DNA of 63,983 nucleotides, the filler included, from Stramenopiles sp. TOSAG23-3 (Eukaryota): the NCBI GenBank assembly GCA_900128585.1. It is 4 parts of 4 records of this genome, joined end to end, with 100 filler letters (N's around TTAATTAATTAA, not from the genome) between each part and the next. Parts side by side here need not be neighbours in the genome. Positions count along the whole stretch, not along the records: positions 1 to 16,150 come from LT642497.1; positions 16,251 to 32,384 come from LT642498.1; 2 more parts are not named here. One strand, written 5' to 3'. This document shows, in pieces, positions 11,950 to 22,318 of the stretch (positions within the stretch are counted from its first letter, which is position 1; each line of letters opens with the position of its first letter). The notes under the pieces are model-generated. The model was not told the origin of the DNA. It made no database searches and worked only from the letters and a program-made list of their open reading frames with translations. The position numbers and the translations under genes are program-made.

Positions 11950-12262
11950 GTTATAGATGTAAAGCTTTATGAAACGTTGCGTGTATGGACAATTTTGTTC
12001 TCTCGTTTTGGTGTATGTGTCTCGCACTGACGTTTTTCTCTCCGTCCCCGCTGGACGCTCCGGGGACTCCTTTCGCCCGTCGGGTGAAAGGGGGCGTACA
12101 ATGGTTTAAAACAAACATATTATCGTACAATGGTTATCTTTAAAACAAAAAATTGGCTAGTATTTAAGTAGTCACAATTTTTATATCTTTATATTTTAAT
12201 TTAAATCTTTTGTCAAATGTTCCGCTGCCACTTCTACCGAGACCCTCGCCTCGAAGTGCTCC

Positions 12263-13327
12263 CTAGCGTGACCATGGGTAATAGCTTGAATTCTTCCCAG
12301 TGCCCGCACCTCCCAAGTATGACGTTCGTCCGTACGAGTTCCTCAGCGCTGCTTGCTGCGCTGCAAGCTGCTGGCGTTGGTGGTATAGATTTACATTGTT
12401 CTGGTACTCTGCCAATGCAGTTTCGTGCCTTACCTTCTGCGCCATGTTTTGTGCTTGGAACAAACTTGCCTGGACGTTGGCGGCGTACGTGCGCTGGGCT
12501 TGACTTCGCCTGACCAGCTCTTGGGCGATCCTTGCGGACTCCGCTGCCTGGGCCTGGGCGCGCATCAGGTTGGCTTGCGAGAACCGTGCTGCTTCTATTG
12601 CCCGCTGCTCTTCCATGGCCATGGTCTGGGCGTGGGTCGACGCTGCCACCGCGGCTTGCCTGGTTTGCATCAAGTACGCCTCCTTCTGGATGAGCTGATG
12701 GCGGGACGCCTCCAGCTCTGGGATATACACTCGAGTGCCAGAGGGGGCGTGCATGGTCGGGACCGTGGACATGAGGGTATTTGAGTAGGTGTTTTGCTGC
12801 GCCATGGGCATCTGGACCGGCGGCGCGACCGGATTGGCAGGTATGTAATAAGACTGGCCCGGGATCGTCATTGGAGGGGGGGACGGTACAGTTTTCATCG
12901 CCTGGGCAAGGCTTATGTTGTTTATAATGTGAAGACGGTCGTTTTCCAACACAATCATTTTCGAAACTAACTGCTGCAACAAGCCAATGGCGTCGGCGTC
13001 GTAGCCGTACGTGTCGGCTAACCTTCGCTGCGTGAGGTGTGCGTCCTGCGTTCGCCTCAGGGCCATTTCAATATTCTCCAACTGTTTCTGCAGCTCAAAC
13101 TCATAAAAGTCTGGCATTTGCACGGGAAAGGTGGTCGTGCTGAACGGGTCTTCCTTGTCCGCACCTGTCTCTACGCCAAGACCCTCCTGCTCGTCCACCT
13201 TCGACTCGTTCTCGGGAGCCGGAACTTCCGCCGCTTTTGCCTCTGCATCGTCCGCCGCGGCAGCTTCCCCTTTGTCCTTTGACTTCTTGTCCTTCTTTTT
13301 GTCTTTCTTTGGTTTCGCCGAAGACAT
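12263..13327 (-). CDS. Hypothetical protein, Lys/Glu-rich N-terminus and Gln/Ala-rich coiled coil
   Basis: 354 aa ATG-initiated ORF with GC-rich coding-like composition. Confidence 0.7.
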   Translation of the reverse strand: MSSAKPKKDKKKDKKSKDKGEAAAADDAEAKAAEVPAPENESKVDEQEGLGVETGADKEDPFSTTTFPVQMPDFYEFELQKQLENIEMALRRTQDAHLTQRRLADTYGYDADAIGLLQQLVSKMIVLENDRLHIINNISLAQAMKTVPSPPPMTIPGQSYYIPANPVAPPVQMPMAQQNTYSNTLMSTVPTMHAPSGTRVYIPELEASRHQLIQKEAYLMQTRQAAVAASTHAQTMAMEEQRAIEAARFSQANLMRAQAQAAESARIAQELVRRSQAQRTYAANVQASLFQAQNMAQKVRHETALAEYQNNVNLYHQRQQLAAQQAALRNSYGRTSYLGGAGTGKNSSYYPWSR

Positions 13328-14589
13328 AATGTTGACGCAGCTGCGGTTGCAAAAGTTCTACACGTTGGTTACTCTGTATGCCAGGGAAGTAATAGCAGTA
13401 TTTGATTCGTCTACCAATTACCACGTTGTTGCTGTTTTGCCTTCGTCGTATTGCTCTTTTTTTTCAATGTTTTTTAAACCGGTTCTGGTTGCTGACGTGT
13501 GAACACTTCTAATGCAATGAAAGAGAAACAAGTTTGGAAAGGGAAAATGGACACAGAATCAGAGGGGGGTAAAGTATAACAAAAAGGGCAAAAAGCGCAG
13601 CAGCTCCAACAAACAAAACTCAACTTATTTTATATAAATAAATAATTACTTACCGCATAATCATTTTATAGTGTAGTAGTACGTCGTTATTATTTAATAG
13701 TGATTTCTACTGTAGTACGGTACCTTTTCGTATTTATTTTATAATAAATATAATTAAATAATAAAAAATACAAACACTCTCTTTTTTTTATTATTTTTTC
13801 CTTGGTATTTTGTTGTTATTATTCTATAATACAACTATTATATTATTATAAAAGAAGAATCGTCGATCATCAAAAGAATTTATTTTTATTTGTTTGATAC
13901 TGTATAATACGAGTACTTCTTTCTTCATAAATTACATTATTCTTCACAACAATTGCATTCTTATTACATCGTACAGCATTGGATAAAATCATGACCGATG
14001 ATTGAAGTGTCTTTTCTTGAAGTCGGTGGAAGAAACGGTCATCAGTCATCATCACCATCACACCAAAAGAAAAGTATTCCGTAATTTATTAAATAGCAAT
14101 TATTTCATAGACTATGCATAGTTCATAGTTATTCAAATTGTTTTTTTCTTCCTTTACTTTCTTCTTTCTACTTATTTTACTACAAAATTCTATCAAACAA
14201 ATTATTTCAGGAATTTTCTTCTTTATTTTTATATATTAGTAATATCACAAATAAAAAAGAAGAATAGACTAGTAGGAGAGGACCCTCATCAGAAAATAAT
14301 AATCGATTGTTGTTTCTTTGTCGTCTTCTACGAGGCATACTATCTGGTATTAATATTATACCGTACCAACGAGGAGGAGGAGTAGTTGCAGTTTTTGTTT
14401 CTTTCTTCCTCCCTTTCTTCTCTTCTTTTGGTATATATATTATTACTGACATAATAATACAACATATGATAAGTTGAGTAGTTGATCTACTCCCAATTGC
14501 AATTAATTACGTGTCTCGTTTTCCGAGAACGACGGAATTCTGCGCTCTACGCCTACCAGTCGTCGCCAGTCTTTAATATTTCTTCGGCG

Positions 14590-15648
14590 ATGGTTCAAGC
14601 TAGAAAAAGAGCAAGCTCTCTCAAGAGGGCCACCGTACTTCAGCTTCTCGTCAGCATTCTTCTGGCTATAACGACTGGAGCTCAGGGATTGTTGCTGCAA
14701 GGCCTTCGTCGAGCTTTCCGCGGGGTGCGTCGGGTGGGCAAGTCCCCAAAATTCCGGGGTCTTGCCGTACAAGAGGGCTCGGTAGTGCGGAAGGAAGCAG
14801 CTTTGACTTCTGTTGGAATAATGTCGCTGGTAAGAGATCCCAGAAACATCGAGACTTGGCTGGACATACACAGACAGTTGGGGATAAAACATTTTTACAT
14901 AAGCGTGGAAGATTCTCCGGGTACGTTTGATTATTTAGATAAATTGCCGTTCGTTACTGCAAAGAAATCAAAAGGTAATGGTGGGGTGGACGAATGGTGG
15001 AACCTTATGGGAAGGCAAGGTGATTGGGATGAATTAGCAATTTGGGCAGCCAGAAACGACCTCCATGGGGTGAAATGGTTGGTGTCAATGGACGCGGACG
15101 AGATTTTGTGGGGTAATTTGTCTGTTATTGAAAATTTACCGGAAAAAGTGCGTACATTTAAACTGTATAACGAGGAAGCACGGTATGATAAAGTTCCTAC
15201 TCTGGCTGACAACTGTTTTGAGGCTACCTATTTTGTGAAATGTTGGGGCCAGGCGGATCCTCTGAACAAGAAATGCAATTCCTATAGCAATGGAAAATCC
15301 GGGGGAAGAGTAGCAGCGGATGTGCACCCATGGGGACCACACTATATGCGATCAGACGGAATCAAGCCAGGTAATTCCCCATGGCTAGAAGGTATTCGAA
15401 TCCGGCATTACGATAGTTGCAGTTTCAGCAAGTGGAAATCGAAGTTTTGGCACCTGGCGGGAAGAAAGAAACATAAAAAAGATCCGGGTATGATTTGGTA
15501 TCACGAATCGATGGAGGCCATAAGATCAAACAACATTGTAAATATGTACAAAACCTACAAAAAATATAAGGTATTAACAAAAGGTGACCTTGAGAAAATA
15601 AAGAAAAGAGGCCTGCAGGCTCTATCGTCAATGAGTGTGCTTCTGTAA
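14590..15648 (+). CDS. GT-A fold glycosyltransferase (GT2-like/GT92-like), type II membrane protein
   Basis: N-terminal TM; WLDIHRQLGIKHFYI, WLVSMDADEIL (DxD), NGKSGGR, GPH and HYDSC motifs; ATG at 14590. Confidence 0.75.
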   Translation: MVQARKRASSLKRATVLQLLVSILLAITTGAQGLLLQGLRRAFRGVRRVGKSPKFRGLAVQEGSVVRKEAALTSVGIMSLVRDPRNIETWLDIHRQLGIKHFYISVEDSPGTFDYLDKLPFVTAKKSKGNGGVDEWWNLMGRQGDWDELAIWAARNDLHGVKWLVSMDADEILWGNLSVIENLPEKVRTFKLYNEEARYDKVPTLADNCFEATYFVKCWGQADPLNKKCNSYSNGKSGGRVAADVHPWGPHYMRSDGIKPGNSPWLEGIRIRHYDSCSFSKWKSKFWHLAGRKKHKKDPGMIWYHESMEAIRSNNIVNMYKTYKKYKVLTKGDLEKIKKRGLQALSSMSVLL

Positions 15649-15891
15649 AGAAGAAAACAAAGAAAATTACATATTGTTTTTGGTAATGTACAAGTAAATC
15701 CTATTCTATTACGGAGGAAGGAGGTACCCGTACCGTACCGGTATAAGCGAACAAGGAGACAAGGAGGTCCACTTTCTTTTTTTTTCTTCTTCGTCGTTTT
15801 GTTGTTTTTTGTTGTTTGTTTGTTGTCGCGGCGGCTGCTGCTACCTGCTACGGTTCGGTATAATATTAATACCGGTGCCCTGTACCCCGTA

Positions 15892-16150
15892 CCGCACGAA
15901 TACCTGAACCGTCGGTACTACCTGGTACGTACCTGGTAATATTTTAATATACAACGACGTTATTATTATTATATTTCCATATTATATTATTATTACTTGG
16001 TATAATAAAATTATTATTATTATAAAAAATATAAATGAAGTAGAATGCGAACGAAAAGAAATGAAATATTTTACAATAATAACGTCGTTGTATATTAAAA
16101 TATTACCAGGTACGTACCAGGTAGTACCGACGGTTCAGGTATTCGTGCGG
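15892..16150. repeat. Perfect 76-bp inverted duplication at contig end (15892-15967 / 16075-16150)
   Basis: 16075-16150 is the exact reverse complement of 15892-15967. Confidence 0.95.
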
Positions 16151-16250
16151 NNNNNNNNNNNNNNNNNNNNNNNNNNNNNNNNNNNNNNNNNNNNTTAATT
16201 AATTAANNNNNNNNNNNNNNNNNNNNNNNNNNNNNNNNNNNNNNNNNNNN
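16151..16250. other. Artificial contig spacer N44-TTAATTAATTAA-N44
   Basis: 100-nt linker with stops in all six frames; identical at three positions. Confidence 0.98.
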
Positions 16251-16839
16251 TTGGATTAGGACTTCAGCGTTCTGCAAGCGCAGAATCTCCTTCTTGGTTC
16301 TCCTCTCTATGTGCTTGAGCATTTGTTGGCAGGATTATCGGGACGGCACCATGTCTATGCGTCATTTGCTTGCGACGGCAAGCTCCACGTCCCTGAACGC
16401 AATGATGCATGGGGGAACGTCGAAGAAAGAGGTCGAGCGGATGGCCAAGGAATTAAACGCGATGGAAGTGACAATAAAGCATACGGGGATTAAGTTGGAC
16501 CCGGCGCAAGCCAAAAAGATTGCATCCCAGTTGCTGGAAAAGACGTCGGTGCTGCGGTTCACCTACGATCGATTGCACCGGGAGGCCAAGCACAAAGAGA
16601 AGCGGATTAAGACTATGGAGAAGGAGGCGTTGCACGCCCGCAAAGAGGCCGAGAGCACGCTGCATGGCGTAAAGGGGGAGGCTGAGTTGACCGTCCGACT
16701 GAACAAAGTCAAGGACAAGCTGATATCCAGCCGCAGGAAAGCCCATGACAAAGAATCCTACCAACAAATGCTCAAGCACATAGAGAGGAGAACCAAGAAG
16801 GAGATTCTGCGCTTGCAGAACGCTGAAGTCCTAATCCAA
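16251..16839. repeat. Perfect 79-bp inverted duplication at contig start (16251-16329 / 16761-16839)
   Basis: 16251-16329 is the exact reverse complement of 16761-16839, followed by AGGATT microhomology after one mismatch. Confidence 0.95.
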
Positions 16840-18275
16840 CGGTGCTCCGGCAGACAAGGCTGAAGGCATACCAGCTCCTGGCCCGGGAGAAGCGCAATTT
16901 AGACATGATGCTGAAGAAGCAGAGCGAGCTGCGCTCGCTGCAGCGCACGAAAATCGATGAAGCAGTAATTTTCATTTCATCCCAAGAGAGAAAAAGAATC
17001 GCGATGAAGGAAAAGACGGCCGCCTACCGGGCCAAGTTGAACGCGCAATTAGAGGAAGAGATCAGGAGGAGGGACGGGGAAGCGTTGAAACAGAAGGAGG
17101 ACCTGCAAAAAAAGCACAACGCCCTGATGGAGCAGCTGGGGCCCCTGGAAGACGTCTTCCACAAGATCCAGAAACGCACGGGGGCGATGACGTTCACCGC
17201 CGACGGAATAGCTGCCTTGTTTATTCAACAGCGCGACAGCCACAAAAGTTTAGAAGGCTACTACACGGATCTTGGGAGCCGTTTGGCCGAATTGCAAGAG
17301 TGGAACGCACAGCTGAAAAGTACGCTGAAGGAGCTGTCGCAGGGATCGCAGTTCAGCGACTCGAAGAAACGGTTTTACGACACTTTAGAGGAGTACGAGT
17401 CTGAAGAACATCGCCTAGACATTGGGTGCCAAAACCAGCAGGCAAAGATGAATTTGCACAAGGTGAACTTAGCCTCTTGCGATACCTTCGTGAAGACACT
17501 GTACGGCTTGCTCACAGACTTACCCGGAAAGGACAGCGCCATGGAGCTGGAAGACTCGATATTTCTGAAACGCAAGGTAAATTACGGCAAAGCGATCAAA
17601 GAAATCGCGCGATTCTTGCACGAGTATCACCCAACGATGGGTAACGACCCCAAAGCGGCAAACTCCAGGGGGAAAAAGCATCGGAATACAGTCGTGAACG
17701 AGTTCTCGAGCATTCGAAGCGTATTGGCAAACGGGGGCATGGGGGCGATCGTGCAGTCGCCGCCGTCCAACATACGCGTTGCCCGACGGACCGCGAGTGA
17801 GCAGAACGGGTACATCTCGGACGAAGAGGAGACGATCGGTGAAAATGGGGACGCTTTGCCCGGCGCGGCGGGCGGTTCGATAAACTTTACCACGTCCTGG
17901 AACAATTCTGAGAATGGGAGCGATAGTGAGGACAGTGGTGTTGACGGAGAGTTGCAGCTATCCTTGCGACTCCGGAGAGAAATAAAAAGTTTGAACATGT
18001 CAACTCACGGAAAACAGCTAAAACCCGGAAAGCCGGACGTGCTGAAGGCCGAGGGGGAGCGGAAGGCGAGCAAAGTCCGGAAAATGAAGAAACGGGGAAC
18101 CAAAATATCCCCGACTGTGCCAAAGGGAAGGGGGCGGCGGCTGTCAACACTTAAGAAATCACCGAATGTTAGACGACGATCTATGAAAAGGGGAAAATTA
18201 ACGGTATCGCCGAACAAATTGTCACCGATTCAGGGCAAAGGGAAAAATGACAACAATATGTATCAGACGATATGA
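16330..18275 (+). CDS. Coiled-coil protein resembling outer dynein arm docking complex CCDC151/ODA-DC1; 5' end uncertain, one frameshift near 16840
   Basis: ORFs 16294..16863 and 16842..18275 join through a 1-nt shift; LEDVFHKIQKRTG...IAALFIQQRD and SNIRV resemble ODA-DC family motifs. Confidence 0.5.
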
Positions 18276-18863
18276 CATCCTTGGTACATTAGACACGTAC
18301 GAAAGTTGTCGCAGTTGTTTCTTTGGCTAATTTAATAAGAATTATACAACAACTACGAGGACTATTAATTGATGATTAAATCAATCATTATTTTTCTCTC
18401 CTTCACTTTCTCAACTTTTGTTTTCGGAAAAAATACGACGAGGGAGTAAAATTCGAAAAAATTAGTCGTCTGCCTATTCCATTTTACTTATCGATCGGGA
18501 CCATCTCAGTTCTCTGTAACCTTCCAATGTAATTAATTACACATTATACCCCTAATACCAGTACGAATATACGAATAGTACGGAGTTGAGAAAAAAACAA
18601 GAAAAACGGCGGCATATTCTTCTTCAACTCCTCGTACTCGTACTTCTTCTTGTGAATTACTCTACTTATATAAACTTATACATTTGAAAATGAAGTGCAT
18701 CCTTGGTCGGTACCAGAAGTATGAATTCAGAACAGATTTTCACAGGATGTTGATAGATGGTTACAAACTACCAGTAGTCACTTTTCTACACACACAGTTA
18801 GCGAATCGAAAAACACAATTAAAACCCCTGCAATCCTATACATCAAGCATTGAGTGTTCTCGT

Positions 18864-21377
18864 ATGTTAAAAATGGTGTCAAAAAAGGAGGGACGGACGT
18901 ACCATGCATCGACCGTGACATTTTGCTACGGGATAATGCAGTTGGCAATTCACTCTTTCTACTTTACTCGGAGCGGCGATGGCTCCGGCAAATCGAAAGA
19001 AGCTATTAAATCTTGCATTTCAGAAGTATGCATAATGGCCATTCTGAATCAGCTGGGAAGGTTTATTACAAAGCGTCTTACATTTAAGCTGTACCACCTT
19101 ACTTTTGGATTCTTTTTAAACTTGCTTCTGCTGGGAGAATTAGTGTTTCACGTTGGAACGGGCGCAAAAATGCACGCAGAGATGGTGACCTTTCTCATGG
19201 AAAGGGCTGGGGGGTTGGAACTGGAACACTTGCTGAACCACGTGTCCCATTACTCACTTTTGCCTGGTATTGCACTGTCCGTTTTCATTTTGTGCACCCA
19301 TGTCTGCGTCTACAAAATGCTCTTGTTTGGAAGGCTATTTCCTGATGGGAATGGAGAGAAAATCCGGAACTGGCGTTTGCTCGGGCGCCGATTTGGCACG
19401 AGCATCGTGGTGCCGGCTGTGCTGCTGCTTGGGATGTGGCGATTCCATGGGTGTCCAGAATTTGGGTCATCTCGCATCTTTTGTGAGACAGCGTATGACC
19501 GGATGAGACACATCAGACATCCCTTGGAAAAGCATCCGTCACGGGAGCTTAGTGGACCCATTAAAATAATGGAAGCTTCCTCCTTGGTTAAAGGGGCCAC
19601 TTCCCCCTCTGTTGCCAAAAGCTTCCAAAAGAAGAACGTGGTGGTTATCGGACTAGAGAGCATACGGGCCTCTGCGCTGTCTCCTTACAATAGCAAGCTG
19701 CCTGACCGAATGACACCATTCCTCCAGAGCCTTGCCGATGACGGTGTGCTGGTGAAGAGCGCGTACGCGTCTATTGCCCAGACTAGCAAGCAGCTACTGT
19801 CAATTTTCTGCGGGTTAGAGCCAAACGTAAAGATGACTTGGAGTGAATGGAAGACATATCCCATGAAAGATTGTTTGCCGAACCTGCTTAAGCGCGACGC
19901 CGGGTACAACACGGCCGTGTTTACGTCTGGAAAGACCGACAATGGCCTGTCTGGACCCTCTACGACCACCGCAAAAGAGTTGGGGTTCGATCACTCCGTC
20001 GGGTTTGACGAAATTATTCGAAACCAATCCACCGCGAAGCACTTTGAACAGGTTAGTTATTTGGGGTACGAAGACAGAGCAATGTTGCCACATTTGGAGA
20101 AGTGGCTCCACACGCAACGGCCCACCGTTTCACCATCCATGGTAGGCGTTTTCACGGTGTCATCTCATTCCCCTTACAACACCCCGCAGTCTTTCCGTGC
20201 AAAACATTTGTCGAACGACCCTCGGGAAAATAAATATCTAAATACTGTTCGGTACGTAGACTCCTATCTGAAAGAGCTGTTTAATATGTTTAGTGCGAAT
20301 GGGTTTACGAAAGAAAACACGATATTTGTAATTGTCGGCGATCACGGTCAAGTGTTTGGCAAAAGCAAAAGGTACTTTCACGGATCGGTGGACGAAGAAT
20401 CCACCCATGTTCCCTTGCTGCTCTATGGCGCTGTTGAAAGTGGAAACATTGAGGGTGTCAGGCGCACGGTAGACATAGTCCCAACGGTGTATGAGATGCT
20501 TGGTTTGACGGTCAGAAACCGCTCACCTTTGAGCACCGGGAAATCTCTCTACGGCAAAGGGCATGACTTTGCACCCGCGTTCGACTTTTTTGATGAAGCT
20601 GCACTTGCGATGGTGACAAACGATGGGTACAAAGTTGTTGCCAAAGTCGACGAGCCTGTTAATAAGATACAGGCCGTGTTTCGCGTCGGAAACTTTGAGC
20701 ATTCTATTTTGAAGAAAATTGGACGCTCTCAGCGCGACGCCTGGAGCTGCCAGCTGCTGTCTTGGCGACAGAAAGTTCAAAGTTTGGCCAGAGGATCCAC
20801 GGAAGAAGTCGCGAATTCAAATGCTAAAAATTGCGGTCAAGGGGCGCACCCATTAACAAATAAGAAGAGGAAGCTGGCCGCTAACAGTGTGTGTGGATTT
20901 TGCAACAACTTTGGATACAAGTGCACGGTAAAAGTCGAAGGGGCCGGAACAGCAGTGGCGAACGGAGATTATGCAGAGTATCCACGTAAGGAGCCGGAGG
21001 GGGGGGTGTGCATGTGGAGCAAGAAATGCAACAATGCCAATTGCATCCTGCGGTATGCTAGTGACACCAAACGGTGGGAAATTATATCCACCCAAAGTAG
21101 CAATAAGGTAGCCTACCATTTCGCTAATGAAGAAAAAGACCCGCAGAAACTTGGAATACTGCAGGGAAGCTGGACCAAAGGCGAGATTGGCGCAAACCCT
21201 GTGCCAACCAAGGTGACCTTCACATGCAACAGCGCGTCGCAGCCAGCATCATGCAACGTTTGCGACCACTTGAAAGACCCCAACTGCCTGTCTAAAGGGA
21301 TGGAAGCGGCGCAAACGTCGTTCGTGTCCGTGCTTTTCCTGTCGTTGAGTGTTCTTGCAGCTTACGCTATGATTTGA
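18864..21377 (+). CDS. Membrane-bound sulfatase/alkaline-phosphatase superfamily enzyme (LTA-synthase-like) with Cys-rich C-terminal extension
   Basis: N-terminal TMs; NVVVIGLES, AYASIAQTS (Thr nucleophile position), SSHSPY, GDHG, HVPLLLY, DIVPTVYEMLG; hydrophobic GPI-like tail; start codon uncertain (18864/18873). Confidence 0.8.
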   Translation: MLKMVSKKEGRTYHASTVTFCYGIMQLAIHSFYFTRSGDGSGKSKEAIKSCISEVCIMAILNQLGRFITKRLTFKLYHLTFGFFLNLLLLGELVFHVGTGAKMHAEMVTFLMERAGGLELEHLLNHVSHYSLLPGIALSVFILCTHVCVYKMLLFGRLFPDGNGEKIRNWRLLGRRFGTSIVVPAVLLLGMWRFHGCPEFGSSRIFCETAYDRMRHIRHPLEKHPSRELSGPIKIMEASSLVKGATSPSVAKSFQKKNVVVIGLESIRASALSPYNSKLPDRMTPFLQSLADDGVLVKSAYASIAQTSKQLLSIFCGLEPNVKMTWSEWKTYPMKDCLPNLLKRDAGYNTAVFTSGKTDNGLSGPSTTTAKELGFDHSVGFDEIIRNQSTAKHFEQVSYLGYEDRAMLPHLEKWLHTQRPTVSPSMVGVFTVSSHSPYNTPQSFRAKHLSNDPRENKYLNTVRYVDSYLKELFNMFSANGFTKENTIFVIVGDHGQVFGKSKRYFHGSVDEESTHVPLLLYGAVESGNIEGVRRTVDIVPTVYEMLGLTVRNRSPLSTGKSLYGKGHDFAPAFDFFDEAALAMVTNDGYKVVAKVDEPVNKIQAVFRVGNFEHSILKKIGRSQRDAWSCQLLSWRQKVQSLARGSTEEVANSNAKNCGQGAHPLTNKKRKLAANSVCGFCNNFGYKCTVKVEGAGTAVANGDYAEYPRKEPEGGVCMWSKKCNNANCILRYASDTKRWEIISTQSSNKVAYHFANEEKDPQKLGILQGSWTKGEIGANPVPTKVTFTCNSASQPASCNVCDHLKDPNCLSKGMEAAQTSFVSVLFLSLSVLAAYAMI

Positions 21378-21436
21378 AAGAAGTCAGTAAATTCGAATGA
21401 ATAATTTAATTCTGAGCTATTACCTGTTATATGTAG

Positions 21437-21922
21437 CGCCATATTTTCAAAAAGCGAGATGATGGAGATAGTGAATACAGCAGCGAAGAAGAAGATCGTA
21501 TCCCTCAAGCGCTGCTATCGGAAGACCAAGAAAAGAGGCTTGCCAAAGAGCTGACCAGAGAAAACACGACCCGCATGTGCACGCGGTTGATGAAATTTAT
21601 CACAAACGTTGAGAAGAAAATAGCAGTCGAGGAAAAGCAGGAAGAGGAAGAGCGCAAGCGTGAGGCGGAAGAGGAGAAGCAGGGTGGTGGTGAGGTCGAT
21701 GACTTGTTCGGCTCAAAAGAAGAAGTGCCTGCTCCCGTGAAGGTGTATCTAAAAAAGACCACCAAATTAGACCCAGAATTCAAGCCAATTGTCAACATAA
21801 CAATGCGATCAGTGGAGTGGTATGAATCGTATTTGGATGCGATGAAGCTGGCCAAGGAAGTGGTAGAAAAAGAAGAGAAAGCGGCGGCCGAGGAACTCAA
21901 GAAATCGTTGGAAGAAAAATGA
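21437..21922 (+). CDS. Short acidic coiled-coil ORF/exon, unknown
   Basis: Reading frame open from 21437 (directly after a TAG) to the stop at 21922; first in-frame ATG at 21575. Confidence 0.5.
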   Translation, partial: RHIFKKRDDGDSEYSSEEEDRIPQALLSEDQEKRLAKELTRENTTRMCTRLMKFITNVEKKIAVEEKQEEEERKREAEEEKQGGGEVDDLFGSKEEVPAPVKVYLKKTTKLDPEFKPIVNITMRSVEWYESYLDAMKLAKEVVEKEEKAAAEELKKSLEEK

Positions 21923-22318
21923 TTTTTCTTGTGTTGAACACGTCCTTTTAAAAATTATAAGTACGAAATAATCCTATCAAAAATATAATTTATACTATAG
22001 GGGAAAAGGAGAGAGAAGGTTGGACGGTCTTCGGTCTTCGGACATTCAACACTCAACTACTCGACTCTCGACTTTCTGACTTTCTTCCAGATTGAAGTTT
22101 ACAATTTATACGAGCAGACAAGTCGATTTTTAGAATAAAGTAACCCAGTGTGCTTTACAAATACAGCATTTTTCAAGCCACGCTAAAGAGCAGCGCATTG
22201 ATCGGAAAGAAGGGTTTTTGCAGCAAGCGCGCGTATTTTGTATTTCTCTCTTCCAGATAACGCCCACTGTCGCTTGAATGAACTTATCAACAGCTCCCAA
22301 ACTGCGTGCGGCACAACA

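Noticed and set aside
16195-16206. TTAATTAATTAA palindrome as a biological site
   Set aside because: Identical inside all three N-runs; it is a concatenation linker
15892-16839. Terminal inverted repeats of a transposon or hairpin telomere
   Set aside because: No transposase or target-site duplication; the copies end exactly at contig edges and one duplicates coding sequence, which fits an amplification chimera
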